Shown: positions 51,701 to 64,000 of the stretch, piece after piece
How the letters are laid out: every line of letters begins with the position of its first letter
How positions within the stretch are numbered: the stretch's first letter is position 1
Assembly: GCF_030684315.1 (NCBI RefSeq)
Contig: NC_081396.1
Location: 8,051,628-8,115,627, forward strand
Direction: 5' to 3'
DNA: 64,000 bases
DNA from: Stegostoma tigrinum
Taxonomy: Eukaryota
Program-made: the position numbers and the translations under genes
The notes under the pieces: generated by a model
The model's input: the letters and a program-made list of their open reading frames with translations, nothing else
Told to the model about the DNA's origin: nothing
Databases searched by the model: none

Positions 51701-52767
51701 TTAGAATTCACGAAACTGGAAACTGATTGAAGGTACTCCCATCTGAGCATAGTAACTTCGCTGGGTTCTCTTTTAGGAAGCAAAATTTACTTCCTATAAT
51801 ATCTGGAATGTATCCAAAGAAATGTGCTTCAGCTCTATATTTCTAGAAGGACTATCCCATTAAATATGAATAGGTTCTCATGTCACCTAAAAGTGAAATT
51901 ACAAGAACGCTGAACAATTTGTCTTTGTCAGTGTCAAACGAATTTGTTGAAAAGAAGCAATGACGTAAAATTATGTCAAAATAGTCTGAAATTAATACGA
52001 AGAAGTCAAGAGGTAAGGGTTAAAATGCGTTTAAAATGTTGTAGGTAAAAATCAGAATGCCATACCTTTTACACGGTTTCAATAACGTACCTCTGTCTTT
52101 CCCATGGACTGAGCAAATGGCCATGAAATTCCCAATGCATAATGCATTCTCTATTTTTTGAGGGCTTAATGCTTGTTTTCAAATAAAATAAACTTTGGAG
52201 TTTTAAGCGTTTAGCTCAGAAAGCAAAACTAACCAATTACTGGTCTATCAAAATTAGGTAAAGTCAATGGAATCGATACCTAGCAGAAAGGCTGATAATT
52301 TGTGCTTGTTGGTGATTTGTCGCTGCTGGTGCCGTTTCAATTTGATTTCAGGAGCAGCATGGTGCGCCATCTTGTGGATAATTCGAGTAATGTAAGTTCT
52401 AAGGAACTGAAGGAAGCTACTCACATTTGGTCTATTCTTCCATGAACTCAGATCTTGTTTAACTTGTGTCTTACATCAGTTCAGCAATCTTGACTTTATA
52501 TTGTTTAAACATCCTTAAGCAAAGATTGAGCAAAACCACTTGTTACCATTCGCATAACCTATTAGCTTTTGAGAGAGATATCTTCTGATTTCAATTCTCC
52601 GCTTTGTGACAATACCTTGACTCCTGAATGTGCTAGGCGTAATCCGATTATCACAGCAGCAAGAGGAGTTTCAGAAAATCGATTTTGAAATCGTTACCAT
52701 TCTCTCGTTTAGGTTACATAGCCCCTCCTCCGTCTATGCATCACAGAACACACCCTTTGTTTCTAGA

Positions 52768-54405
52768 GGTGATAATGGGAACTGCAGATGCTGGAGAATC
52801 CAAGATAACGAAATGTGAGGCTGGATGAACACAGCAGGCCCAGCAGCATCTCAGGAGCACAAAAGCTGACGTTTCGGGCCTAGACCCCACCTCTTCCTCT
52901 GTTACATTGATGACTGTACCGGCGCCGCCTGTTGCTCCCCAGAGGAGCTCGAACAGTTCATCCACTTCACCAACACCTTCCACCCCAACCTTCAGTTCAC
53001 CTGGGCCATCTCCAGCACATCCCTCACCTTCCTGGACCTCTCTGTGTCCATCTCAGGCAACCAGCTTGTAACTGATGTCCATTTCAAGCCCACTGACTCC
53101 CACAGCTACCGAGAATACACCTCCTCCCACCCACTCTCCTGCAAAAATTCCATCCCCTGTTCCCAATTCCTCCGCCTCCGCCGCATCAGCTCCCACGATG
53201 AGGCATTCCACTCCCGCACATCCCAGATGTCCAAGTTCTTCAAGGACCGCAACTTCTCCCCCCACAGTGGTCGAGAACGCCCTTGACCGCATCTCCCGCA
53301 TTTCCCACAACACATCCCTCACACCCCGCCCCTGCCAGAGCTACCCAAAGAGGATCCCCCTCGTTCTCACACACCACCCCACCAACCTCCGGATACAACG
53401 CATCATCCTCCGACACTTCCGCCATCTACAATCCGACCCCACCACCCAAGACATTTTTCCATCCCCACCCCTGTCTGCTTTCCGGAGAGACCACTCTCTC
53501 CATGAATCCCTTGTTCGCTCCCCACTGCCCTCTAAACCCACCACACCCGGCACCTTCCCCTGCAACCGCAGGGAATGCTACACTTGCCCCCACACCTCCT
53601 CCCTCACCCCTATCCCAGGCCCCAGGATGAATTTCCATATTAAGCAGAGGTTAATGTGCCTGCATATCTGCCAATGTGGTATACTGCATCCATTGTAAAA
53701 CCCAATGTGGCTTCCTCTACATTGGGGAAACCAAGCGGAGGCTTAAGGACCGCTTTGCAGAACACCTCCGCTCAGTTCGCAAGAAACAGCTGCACCTCCC
53801 AGTCGGAAACCATGTCCACTCCCCCTCCCATTCTCTAGATGACATGTCCATCATGGGCCTCCTGCAGTGCCACAATGATGCCACCTGAAGGTTGCAGGAA
53901 CAGCAACTCATATTCCGCTTGGGAATCCTGCAGCCCAATGGTATCAATGTGGACTTCACCAGCTTCAAAATCTCCCCTTCCCCCACCGCATCCCAAAACC
54001 AGCCCAGTTCGTCCCCTCCCCCCACTGCAGCACACAACCAGCCCAGCTCTTCCCCTCCACCTACTGCATCCCAAAACCAGTCCAAGCTGTCTCTGCCTCC
54101 CTAACCTGTTCTTCCTCTCACCCATCCCTTCCTCCCACCTCAAGCCGCACCTCCATCTCCTTGACCTGTCCGTCTTCCCTGGACTGACCTATCCCCTCCC
54201 TCCCTCCCCACCTGTACTCTCCTCTCCACCTATCTTCTTTTCTCTCCATCTTCGGTCCGCCTCCCCCTCTCTCCCTATTTATTCCAGTTTCCTCTCCCCA
54301 TCCCCCTCTCTGATGAAGGGTCTAGGCCCGAAACGTCAGCTTTTGTGCTCCTGAGATGCTGCTGGGCCTGCTGTGTTCATCCAGCCTCACATTTTATAAT
54401 CTTTC
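52768..54405 (+). mobile_element. Penelope-like retroelement, 5'-truncated: inverted pLTR, RT C-terminus, GIY-YIG endonuclease, pLTR
   Basis: YIDD at 52903-52914; FLDLSV..HFKPTDSHSY..SSHP..SIP.SQFLRLRRI; VVYCIHCKTQCGFLYIGETKRRLKDRFAEH. 52775-52887 is the reverse complement of the 3' terminal repeat (54318-54400). TTTCTAGA flanks both sides (52760-52767, 54406-54413). Several frameshifts. Confidence 0.93.
54310..54340 (+). ncRNA. Minimal hammerhead ribozyme motif in the Penelope pLTR
   Basis: CTGATGA-a-GGGtctaggCCC-GAAA-CG-TC-ag: intact catalytic core, GGG/CCC stem II, palindromic ACGT stem III. Confidence 0.7.
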
Positions 54406-57400
54406 TTTCTAGATCCCGGTTCTCATAATTTAACCCCAAACACAGAATTGATTTTTCCTTCAACTTTTAAGATACACCTCCAACAACAAAGTATGGTCGA
54501 ATAGAGACCAGAAGTAATGAAGTGATGGTAGTACAGTCCAGGCAAAATTCTCAACAGCAAACAATCATTTGTTCTGTATTCCAGTCCCCTTGATGCATTG
54601 CTCTGTCTGTCTGCCACTTATTATACGATCCCAACATTTTACAAACAGAGTCTTTGGCCAATTGAGTTCACACCGAACGTCCAAACAGCATTCCATGTCC
54701 TATCCCATTCCTGCACCCCTGCACTCCCCATGGGGAATCCATCTGCACATTCTTGGATTGTGCGAGGAATCCAGGAGAATAGTGCAAACTACACACAGAC
54801 AGACGCTGAGGTTTCTGGTTCTGCAAGGCAGCTGCACCATCCTCTGACACATCATGCTCCCCGACCTTTTAACAGTCAAACAAGGTAGCCTCCTTCTTTT
54901 TGTCATTTGGCTGTATCTGTCATAGCTTTTACCTATTGCCTCAATCTGTCCATATTCATTTATTTCACTCAGTGGTGCATAACACGCCATGCCTCCTAAT
55001 AGGTTCACGCATTACTTAATTACAAAAATATGAGTACAGTACAGCATTCCTTATGCAATCAGGCCACGTGACTTAACAAGAGTATTTTGAACAGAAAACT
55101 TGCCGATTCTGCGTGCAGATCTCACTTTTTCCAATCACAGTCGTAATCAAAAGCATTTATCAGAGTCAGTCATTCTGAATTTTGTGGCTTCTGGCCCTGT
55201 CGCAAACTCTGTTCCTAATCCTCTCCTTCCATCTACTCACTTCTATCTCTCTTTGTAGTTTTTTTCTTCATCATCCCTCAGATTCATAAGGACAGAAAAT
55301 GCTTGATCAAAAGCCTCGGGAAACGTGAATTAATTTAAACATTAAGATTACACAATTCCTTCTTGCTCCATAACGATAAACATTTAACTGACATAAATGT
55401 ACAAAACTGTTGACAAATCACTGTTTTGCTTTGTTTCCATATCTCCAGGAAAAGTACACTGATTTTTCAGTGGCAATTCATTTAAAATCATTTAAAGGGC
55501 TTACCAACATGATTTTTCTTTTCTCCCATAGAGAAGTGTGTCACCACTCCGTACACGCTACTCCTGAACGTCAATGCACTATGTTGAGGCAAATACAATC
55601 TGCAAGATAAATGTATTATTTTTACGTGCATTAGTTTCCTTTCTATTTCCCTTTGGTGAGCAGACAAGTCACCCGGAAGTTGTTTGCACAGTGTCTGGCC
55701 TTTCCTTCACTGCTCCTGTCATTTTAGACAAGAATAAGCAAACCATTGCTGATCATATCTCAAGACACCCAGCCCAGCTCCAGGTGAGCTTTTGAACGCA
55801 TGTAGATTTTTTCTCTATGTTATTTTGGGGACTGATAGTACAACCTCGGCAGAAAGCAAAAGGTTGAAATTCGTCCATAACTAAATTATGCCTCGATTAT
55901 CCTTGTGATTGAATTTGGAATCAGCTGCTTTTAGACAATGAGACAACTCAAAGCAATGTTGTGTATGCTCAATACAGAATTATACATGCAGGATGAGATC
56001 ATGGCATGGTTTATGGATTTACTTGCTTCTCGAGATTGTGTGGCACCGAGAGATTCGTTGGTATTTATACGGAGCTACGTTGAGAGAGGTGAATCAGATC
56101 TTCATTGTGAAATGGAGGCTGAGAAAACCCAGTCGTTAGGTTGGAACATATGTCGGGCATTACAGAGAGAGGTGGCCATTGAGTTTAATGTAGTATTGAT
56201 ACAGCATGCTGAGAGAAGGCAGAACAGTTAATTTAGCAATGACACTGGACCATGAGCTGACGACTGAGCAATTTCGTCTGCAGGTATTTTTACAGTCAAT
56301 AGAGTGTAGGGCAATTGTGGGACTACTTTGGCATTGTTAGAATGTATGATGGGGCAGTAGACAGTGACGGCATTTTCAGAGCGAATAACGGATATCGGAG
56401 AGAGTGTTGAGGTCTGCTATGGTGGTTGAGGACACCAGGTATTGTCGGGTGTAAAATAGTTTTAATTATAATTATCTGCTTCATCAAAAACATTTCTTTG
56501 TCAGAAATTGCAAAGATTGTTTATTATTGTACGAATTTCACCACAATCTGACACTCCTCACAATCTGAAACAGTCCATCGGAAAACAGAGAACATCTAGG
56601 CTTTGCACATAAGTGGCAAGAAGCACACCAAACAAATGTGAAGCAATAACTCAACTCTATCAAGAGAAAATCTCAACATTGTTTCTTGACGTTCAATATA
56701 ATTTCGTTCGACACATTGCCGTTTCCAGACTCTTGGGTGGCTACGAATGACCAGTAATTGACTGCAACAATCATACAAACACCGTAGCTGCAGGAACACG
56801 TCCAAAAGTGCCAATTTTACACCGCATAATTCGCCTCCTGTTTCCAGAATATTTTTCCCACAACTATAAATCAGGAATCCTGTGTGTGATGGAAGTTTTC
56901 CATTGGCTTGGATGAGTACAGCTTCACGATCACAGAAGAAGCATACACCAGCCGAGAAAAGCCGTCCATTGCGTTGACACCCAATCGACCACCTTCACTG
57001 TAGTCACGTTTACAGACAATTGCAACAGGGATGTATGATTGGTTGCAAACTTTTACAGGGTTAAAGGGTGGGCAGTGTCAGAATAAAATGGATACAGATT
57101 TTTATTTGCAATTGGTCATATTATTGGTAAGTTTGTGTACCGTTCTGTTTTCAAACGTGGCAACACTAATACATACATTCCTCTGTCACTTCCCTGTTTT
57201 TCTTCCAAGACTTGTGTTACCATAGAAACCGTTCACCACAGTAATCAGTGACAGGCAGCTTTCCTGCACAGACTCGCTAGCTTGCTGAAAACTCTCAATG
57301 CCGAAAGGATGTGGTCCAATGTCGTCTGCAAGCCGTTGACATTTAACGGGTGATGATCAGCTTGGAGTACTAGGGTCATTCTAAACTTAACCACAGCTTG

Positions 57401-60400
57401 TTGTGATGTTTGAGCAGAATATGCTTATCGAGTTCTGCAAGCTGCTGTACGTTTGCATGTTGTATGCCGTATTCTGACATTTCCTTTCGTCAATCATTCT
57501 GTAAGATTGACTCAGCTTGGGTTGAGAAATGCACTGAGGAGATGGATGCATATTAGTTGTGTTTAAAAACACTGTTGGCCCAAAACTGTTGTTCTTGATT
57601 TCCCTGTCGTACAACGTGTTGCTCATCATACCGTGAAACATATTTTATAGAAATTTCAATTCACCTTCTCGAAATATTTGGACACACCTATAGGACAGGA
57701 GAGACTTGATCCTAGAGCGTTTGTCCATCTTTTATATGACATTCCAGCGAATACACAAAGTTTGAGTGGCCTGTTATTGGATTTTACTCATAATATTTGA
57801 ATCATTTTCCAGCCAGTGTTTCAAAATAATTTTGTTCTTTCCTTTCTTAGAAATCATCATGACCGTTGCTTCTTAAGATATGATTATTTTCTTTCAAGTC
57901 CTCGGAATAGTGCAACAGTATTAGAAATGAGAATACTTTCATGTTCCTATCAATAGAGAAATCAGACAGACCAGACCAGATATCTTGGAAACACCTGCTA
58001 ATTTTCCATAACTCCAAGAGGATATATAATTATTGAGCATCTACCTCTATATCATTGAGTATCGTATATCCCAGAGATAATTCATCCATGGTGTTTTCAA
58101 ATTCAGTTTCAATTGTAAGTAAACATTGCACAAACCACATGTCGAGCTATGAAGTGAAACACTGGAAGAGGAGATCAATCTATATCTTAAGCCTACACTG
58201 CCACAGAAATATATTGTGATTGTTGCAAACACTATCTGTTTGTTCTGGAATGGTAACTGGTTGAACAGAATAGGTGTTGAATTGACCTCATTAAAATCGA
58301 TGCACTTTGTCTTGAAATCTCTATTCAAACCACATGATAGACAATTGAAATGAATATCGCCCATTTTGTAAGTATAGTTACTCATTCCATTGTTACATTT
58401 GTTACCTCTAATATTACATTTATGATTGTCTGAAAAAAGCAAAGAAAAATAGAAATATTCACTGAATGTTCACTTTTGATATTTTCAGCGCGAGAACACA
58501 ACAGTACTTTTCGGGTTTATATTCTTTTGAATACAAACTAAGGTTATGAAAATCGTGATCACAAATTTAACTCTCAAGATATGCTACAGAGTTACGAATC
58601 TGCACTTCACACTTTCCCATAGGATGCCAAACAGAATGTGAACAATACAGTCCATAAGTGAAAGATAAGCATGTTGGAAGATCCGAAACGAAATTAAAAT
58701 CATAGGTATTCTGAATCCAAGTTGTATCTACTTTTACAGCCTCCTTGATTCGACATTCAGCTTCACAACTGCAGTGCATGAACAACGTCATTGATTTTGA
58801 AGTTTCTTTTTCCTTTCCTCAGAAATTTAAAAAAAAACTTTCCTCAGAGTGATTTATGTCATTTGGAACTAAAGCTCTCACTACCATTTCATCTACTCGG
58901 GGCCAATATTTTGTCTTGTCTTCATAACTATCTGAACTCCTTTAATTTTTGTTGATAGTGCAATATGATCTCCATTCACCCTCGCCCTCCAATCTTTCCT
59001 GGTGTTTCCATTTTGTTCATCGAATTTTCCCCTTAGGAACTTCCCAGACTCCAAGCCTCAATATTGAACTCCATAGATTGACAGACAATAACATGATGTC
59101 TGTTATCAATTTTCCTCGCTTTATCCCTCAGGATCCGACTGAGACCTTGGCGTTACGTCTTTACTTTGCTTTTCTTTCAGCTGGGAGCACCAGTCTTCGT
59201 TGCTTGACACCTCAATGTGCACCCACTTTAAATCTCTATTTCTCTTTCAACTTAATTATCAACTCGCTTATTTTTGCGCCAGGCCTTCAGATTACTTGTA
59301 AGCTTCTCTCCTTCTCTGCCAAGGCAGAAACATTAAATAGAAGCTCTTTTCAATATATTTCACTTCTGGAGAACAGTCACGCTGCACTGGAAATAATAAC
59401 TCTTTCTTTCTCTGCAGATGCTGGCAGGCATATTGCATTTGTCCCATAATGTGTTGTTTCATAACACTTGATTATCAGTCTGTTCCCCCTTTCAATAAGC
59501 TTCATTGCAGGTGGTAAGTACGAGGGATTTTCCTGGTCAGGCATCCTGCAGCAAAACAATGACAAACTTGCCACAGCACTCCTTCCACTGTTGTGGATCA
59601 ACCCATACAAGAAAGGCAAGAAGCAGCCGGCTTGATCAAGAAGTCTCATGCTAATTTCTCAAAACAATGACCGGAAGCAGCATGAAAGAAAAAATAATGT
59701 GATTTTCTAACATATGTTAATAACTGCTGCCAGCACAATTTGAGGCTGTGACAAAAAATGCAATTTCAGTTAAATTTCATGGGCAATTATGCCAAGTCAC
59801 AATATAGACATGCGAAAACAATATAAGGCTATGTGATATTATCACTGCATCATACGCAGATATATAACAGCACAGGTAAAGTTTGAGGTCATCCATGACA
59901 AAGCCTTACGGTTGTCGAGAAAAATCTATCGAATTCGAAACTATCACCTCAGAAACCTTTCAGATAACAGTTCAGAAACTAGAGGGAGAACGGTGAATCT
60001 TTTCTGCCATTTCTTTGCAGCAATTTATATAATCAATATCAGGCAACATCCCAGTAAGTATCGAGGTGTTGTAATATTGAGCGATCTAACACAGAATATA
60101 TTCAAACGCTCAACGACAGACGGTTGAACAGAAGATCCTCTTGTATTCTAGTTTGTTATTCGGAGGTGAATAGGCGACAGACGTACATATCGGGTACTTA
60201 TTCACAAATATCTAAAAACCAAATGACGTTTGGAAGTTTGCAATAACTAACTTTGCATAGAAATTTGTTTTCATTTGCAGATTATTCTGTGGACACGGAA
60301 AATATTACAAATCCTCACCAGAGTATGAAAATCTCATTGTGATGTCTGCATAAATATATATGCCTCGACTATGTAACTGCACAAATATTTGTTGGAAAAT

Positions 60401-61013
60401 TGAGAGCAGGATTCCTGAGCAAAATTGGCTAAACAAATAGTTAGATGGACAGGTAGGTAGACAGACAGATAGACAAAGGAGTCGACTATTTTCCTGTGAC
60501 AGGTGTTAAACTGACAGTGCCAAAGCCATTTGGTTTCTATTTATGACCATTCGTAAATATGTGAATGTCATCTGAGAGCATCCCAAAGTGCAGTAGAAAA
60601 TATAAGTTGAAAAGCCTCACAGATCAAATACTTCATCCGTTAAAAAGCTTTTGGCTACCACATAGTGTCCTTATTTTAGGTGCTTTAATTCAAGCCAAAA
60701 ATGTACGCAAAAAGATGAATAAATCATTGGAAAATAACACGCTGATGTACAAAATAAATGGAGAGAAGCTCAAAAAGTGACTTGAAAAATATTGTTATTG
60801 CAGTTCATGCAAAATTTTGGAAAATATTTCAGCCACTACCAGATTCTGGGAATTTTAGCGTGCCAGTTTGCATGGGGGTAAATTTGAACGACAGATAAAT
60901 GTGCTGATGTATACGGAGAAATCAGGACCCATTTTACAGTGATAGTCTCATTAATTGTTGAGTGTCTAACTGGGGAATGGATAAATGGATCAAGAGAAAC
61001 ATAAGTAGGTGAA

Positions 61014-61144
61014 NNNNNNNNNNNNNNNNNNNNNNNNNNNNNNNNNNNNNNNNNNNNNNNNNNNNNNNNNNNNNNNNNNNNNNNNNNNNNNNNNNNNNNN
61101 NNNNNNNNNNNNNNNNNNNNNNNNNNNNNNNNNNNNNNNNNNNN
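61014..61144. other. Assembly gap (N run)
   Basis: About 130 N. Confidence 0.99.
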
Positions 61145-64000
61145 NGAGTGCTAGTAATCTGAAACAAATGCAGAAAATGCTGAAGAAACAGAACAGGTTT
61201 GACTGAATTTGAGGAAAGAAACTGTCGTATCATTTTGATTTTGATATCATTCTTCTTCAGGACTGTTTCTGAAGAAGAGGAGTCATATCTTAGTTAGTGA
61301 AGAAAATCTCTTCTTCGTTTTCTGCCTTTTGCCTAACCTGTACCTCCTGTTTACCCACTTCTCTACTGATAGAAAAAATGCCTCCCTACCCTCTCTTAAT
61401 GTGCACCTATTCATCTTCTGCAGCTCAATCATGATTTTCTCTCAATCTTCAACGCTCAAAGGAAAGGAACAGCAGTATATACAATCTTTCTCCGAACTCA
61501 AATTCATCAACTCAGAATGCAACCTATTTCATCTCCTTTACAGCTTCGCCAGTGCACTCACACCTTTTCCATGATTTAGTGACCAGAACGAGACACAGAT
61601 CGCGAGGTGTGACTTGATCAGAAAATTTATACATTTCGATAATAATGTCACTGCCTGTGTAATCTATGCTTTGGCCAACAGCGACAAATATTCCATATTA
61701 CTTCTTAACTACAATTTCTACCTGCCTGTTATCTTCAGGTATCTATCTATATGCACAATCAGGTATGCCCGATTTTTATATATTTTGTATGATGCTGACA
61801 TTCATAGAGTAATACCTTGCATGGTTCACCCATCTATTCGTGTTGGAATTCTGTTTACTGTTGATGTGTATATTTATCAAGTTTATCAATATCTTTATGA
61901 CTGTTTACCACCGTGACAAATTTCACGATATTTTGACCCCCTTAATCATATTCCCGACATGAAGACGAATCATAAATGTGGAGTACTTAATCACAGATCC
62001 CAACATTGAGTCTTGTGAAATCTCACTGGAAACAGACGTCTAACCACAGAAGGATTCATCTTCCATCAAACTCTATCCCTCCTCTCAAATATGCAGCGTT
62101 ATTTGAACCCAATGTGCCACTTTGCCGTTTTCCCACGGGCTCTTTCCAGTTTGCCCTATCTGCCATCTGGAAACTCGCCAAAGGCCTTGCTAACGTCTCC
62201 GAATCCTTCAAAAGAATTACTTTTAAAAAATAATCTCATTTGTGAACGTTTCTTTAGCAAATCCATGCTGACATTCCCTGATCAATCCATGCCTCTTCAA
62301 GTGCAGATGTACTCGATCACTCCTATTTATTTCTAATGCAATCGCGACAACTGATGCTGGACAGACAGTTGTGCAGTTTCCAAGGCGATCCTTTTATTAC
62401 TTTTATTCGCAAATGATACGTCAAATTTAGATTACTCCATTCTTGCATTAGACGAGGGAGAATTGGAATGATGAAATAACGCATCATCCATTGGGGAGAT
62501 AATATTGTAGAAGATGGGAAGGAGAACATGAATTCTGAAGAGTCTGAAACAGATATACCCTTCAGAGACAAGCCATTGAATGACTTTGTTAAAATTTAGA
62601 TACTTACTTGGAAAAGGAGCAGCTTCAAAAAAAATGCTTCTCTTGGTAGAAATTCCTTATGGGAGAAGCAACGTCTGAAGTGCAAGAATGATGACGGGCA
62701 TTTCGTTCTCCAACACACTGCACAACAACGTTTTTGGTGCATTAATTAATTGAATCACATCTGTCTGTTTACTGGATTCTCTGTCCAACTTCATCAATTT
62801 AATCTTTGATACGGACATCATAACAAATTTTCAGATGTGTTTTAGATTCAGAAAAGCATTTTACTCTGTCTGTTTCAATGAGAAGATTAGTGTATTTGCG
62901 ACCTTACTGAGAATTGTCAAAACCGATGCTCTAACAGCACAGAGTCGATTTCTTTCCAAATTTATCTTGCAATGTTCCCACATATGTCATCGTTTCTACC
63001 CTAGTATCGACAAAAGTATCAAACTGTATTCTTCAGAGCTGGACACAGCAATCACGAGACCCTGGCAGGAAGCAAATCAGGCTGAAAATGGAAGCATTGA
63101 GCATTCTACTGACAGGGATTTTAAATCATGGGCAGAATTCAAAGCATCCTCCTTCCTTCTTTTCTTCATGTTGTGGTTCTTCTGGGTATGGCTATGAGCT
63201 CAATTCCACTTTTGCCTGTCAATGAAATGGGAAAAAATCCCATCATCAAATGATGTCCTCCTTCTTGCTTCAACCATCACCAACGTTTTGGTTATTCTGG
63301 CTTCTATGTTAAAGCTGATTTGATTTATACCGAAATGTAAGATGATGGAACCCCTATTTAACTCTTATACTCTCTTAAGTTAAATCAATATTTTTGGGAA
63401 CCCACCCTTTATGAACTGCATTGCCATCAACCATGCAATCAGGTCTCATTTGTGGCAAAACCTTTCATACTACATCATCCTGTCTATTGTAACTTGCCTA
63501 GCACTACAAGGATTAAAAACAGACATAGCTAATGACAATTTATACAGGTATAAATGATCATTGTTTCGAAAATGGCAACTCTTGAAGTTGTTTTGCAAAA
63601 TTATATTTCTTGATCCTATTGACCTCCTATGTCCTGACAAGAAAGAACTGCTAAGAATTAGAGGTGGAGAGGAATCCGGGGTTGATGAGCAGAAAGGTGT
63701 TGAAAATGATTGACAGTAACTTGGCCCTTATCTTCTTTTGCCTTGCTCCTTATCACGTACTGAAACTTTACATTTTAAGTAATGATCTGTTGTATCTATC
63801 ATATCCAGTTTAATCTTTAACACATACAATGTTTGGAATGATGCTTGGGCGCTTACTTGCATAACTGCCGTTTTCAGTCCATTACTGTACACTTTCAGGT
63901 CGCAAAGCCTTCAGTGGAAAACATGCTGCTGCGTTGTGTAAAATGCTCGGAATGTGGCTGTGACCTCAAAATCGACAGGGGTGGTGTCACTGAATACAAT

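Noticed and set aside
55060-55790. E-box CACGTGAC, CCAAT and ETS CCGGAAGT motifs with a gtgag donor as a promoter or first exon
   Set aside because: Motifs are scattered, there is no CpG island and no identifiable downstream gene.

Overview
Cartilaginous-fish genomic DNA; V and C sequences and the repeat content suggest an orectolobiform carpet shark (inference). The + strand carries one complete, apparently functional, unrearranged IgNAR (heavy-chain-only antibody) cluster at ~2.9-31.1 kb. Its order is octamer/TATA promoter, leader, one VNAR, D1-D2-D3, J, C1-C5 with secretory tailpiece, then two transmembrane exons. The RSS layout is 22/23 | 12-23 | 12-22/23 | 12-12 | 23. About 7 kb past TM2 (36.1-40.5 kb), and almost invisible in the ORF track, lies a second, decayed tandem IgNAR cluster. 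Its octamer and TATA box are each hit by a point mutation, its leader and V are broken, a CR1 LINE sits between D1 and D2, J is lost and no C exons are recognisable, yet its D1 still has both heptamers and correct spacers. The rest is mostly CR1/Rex1-type LINE fragments, shark SINEs and Penelope-like elements, whose terminal repeats carry minimal hammerhead-ribozyme motifs. No protein-coding gene could be identified in 41-64 kb. There is an assembly gap at ~61.0-61.1 kb.
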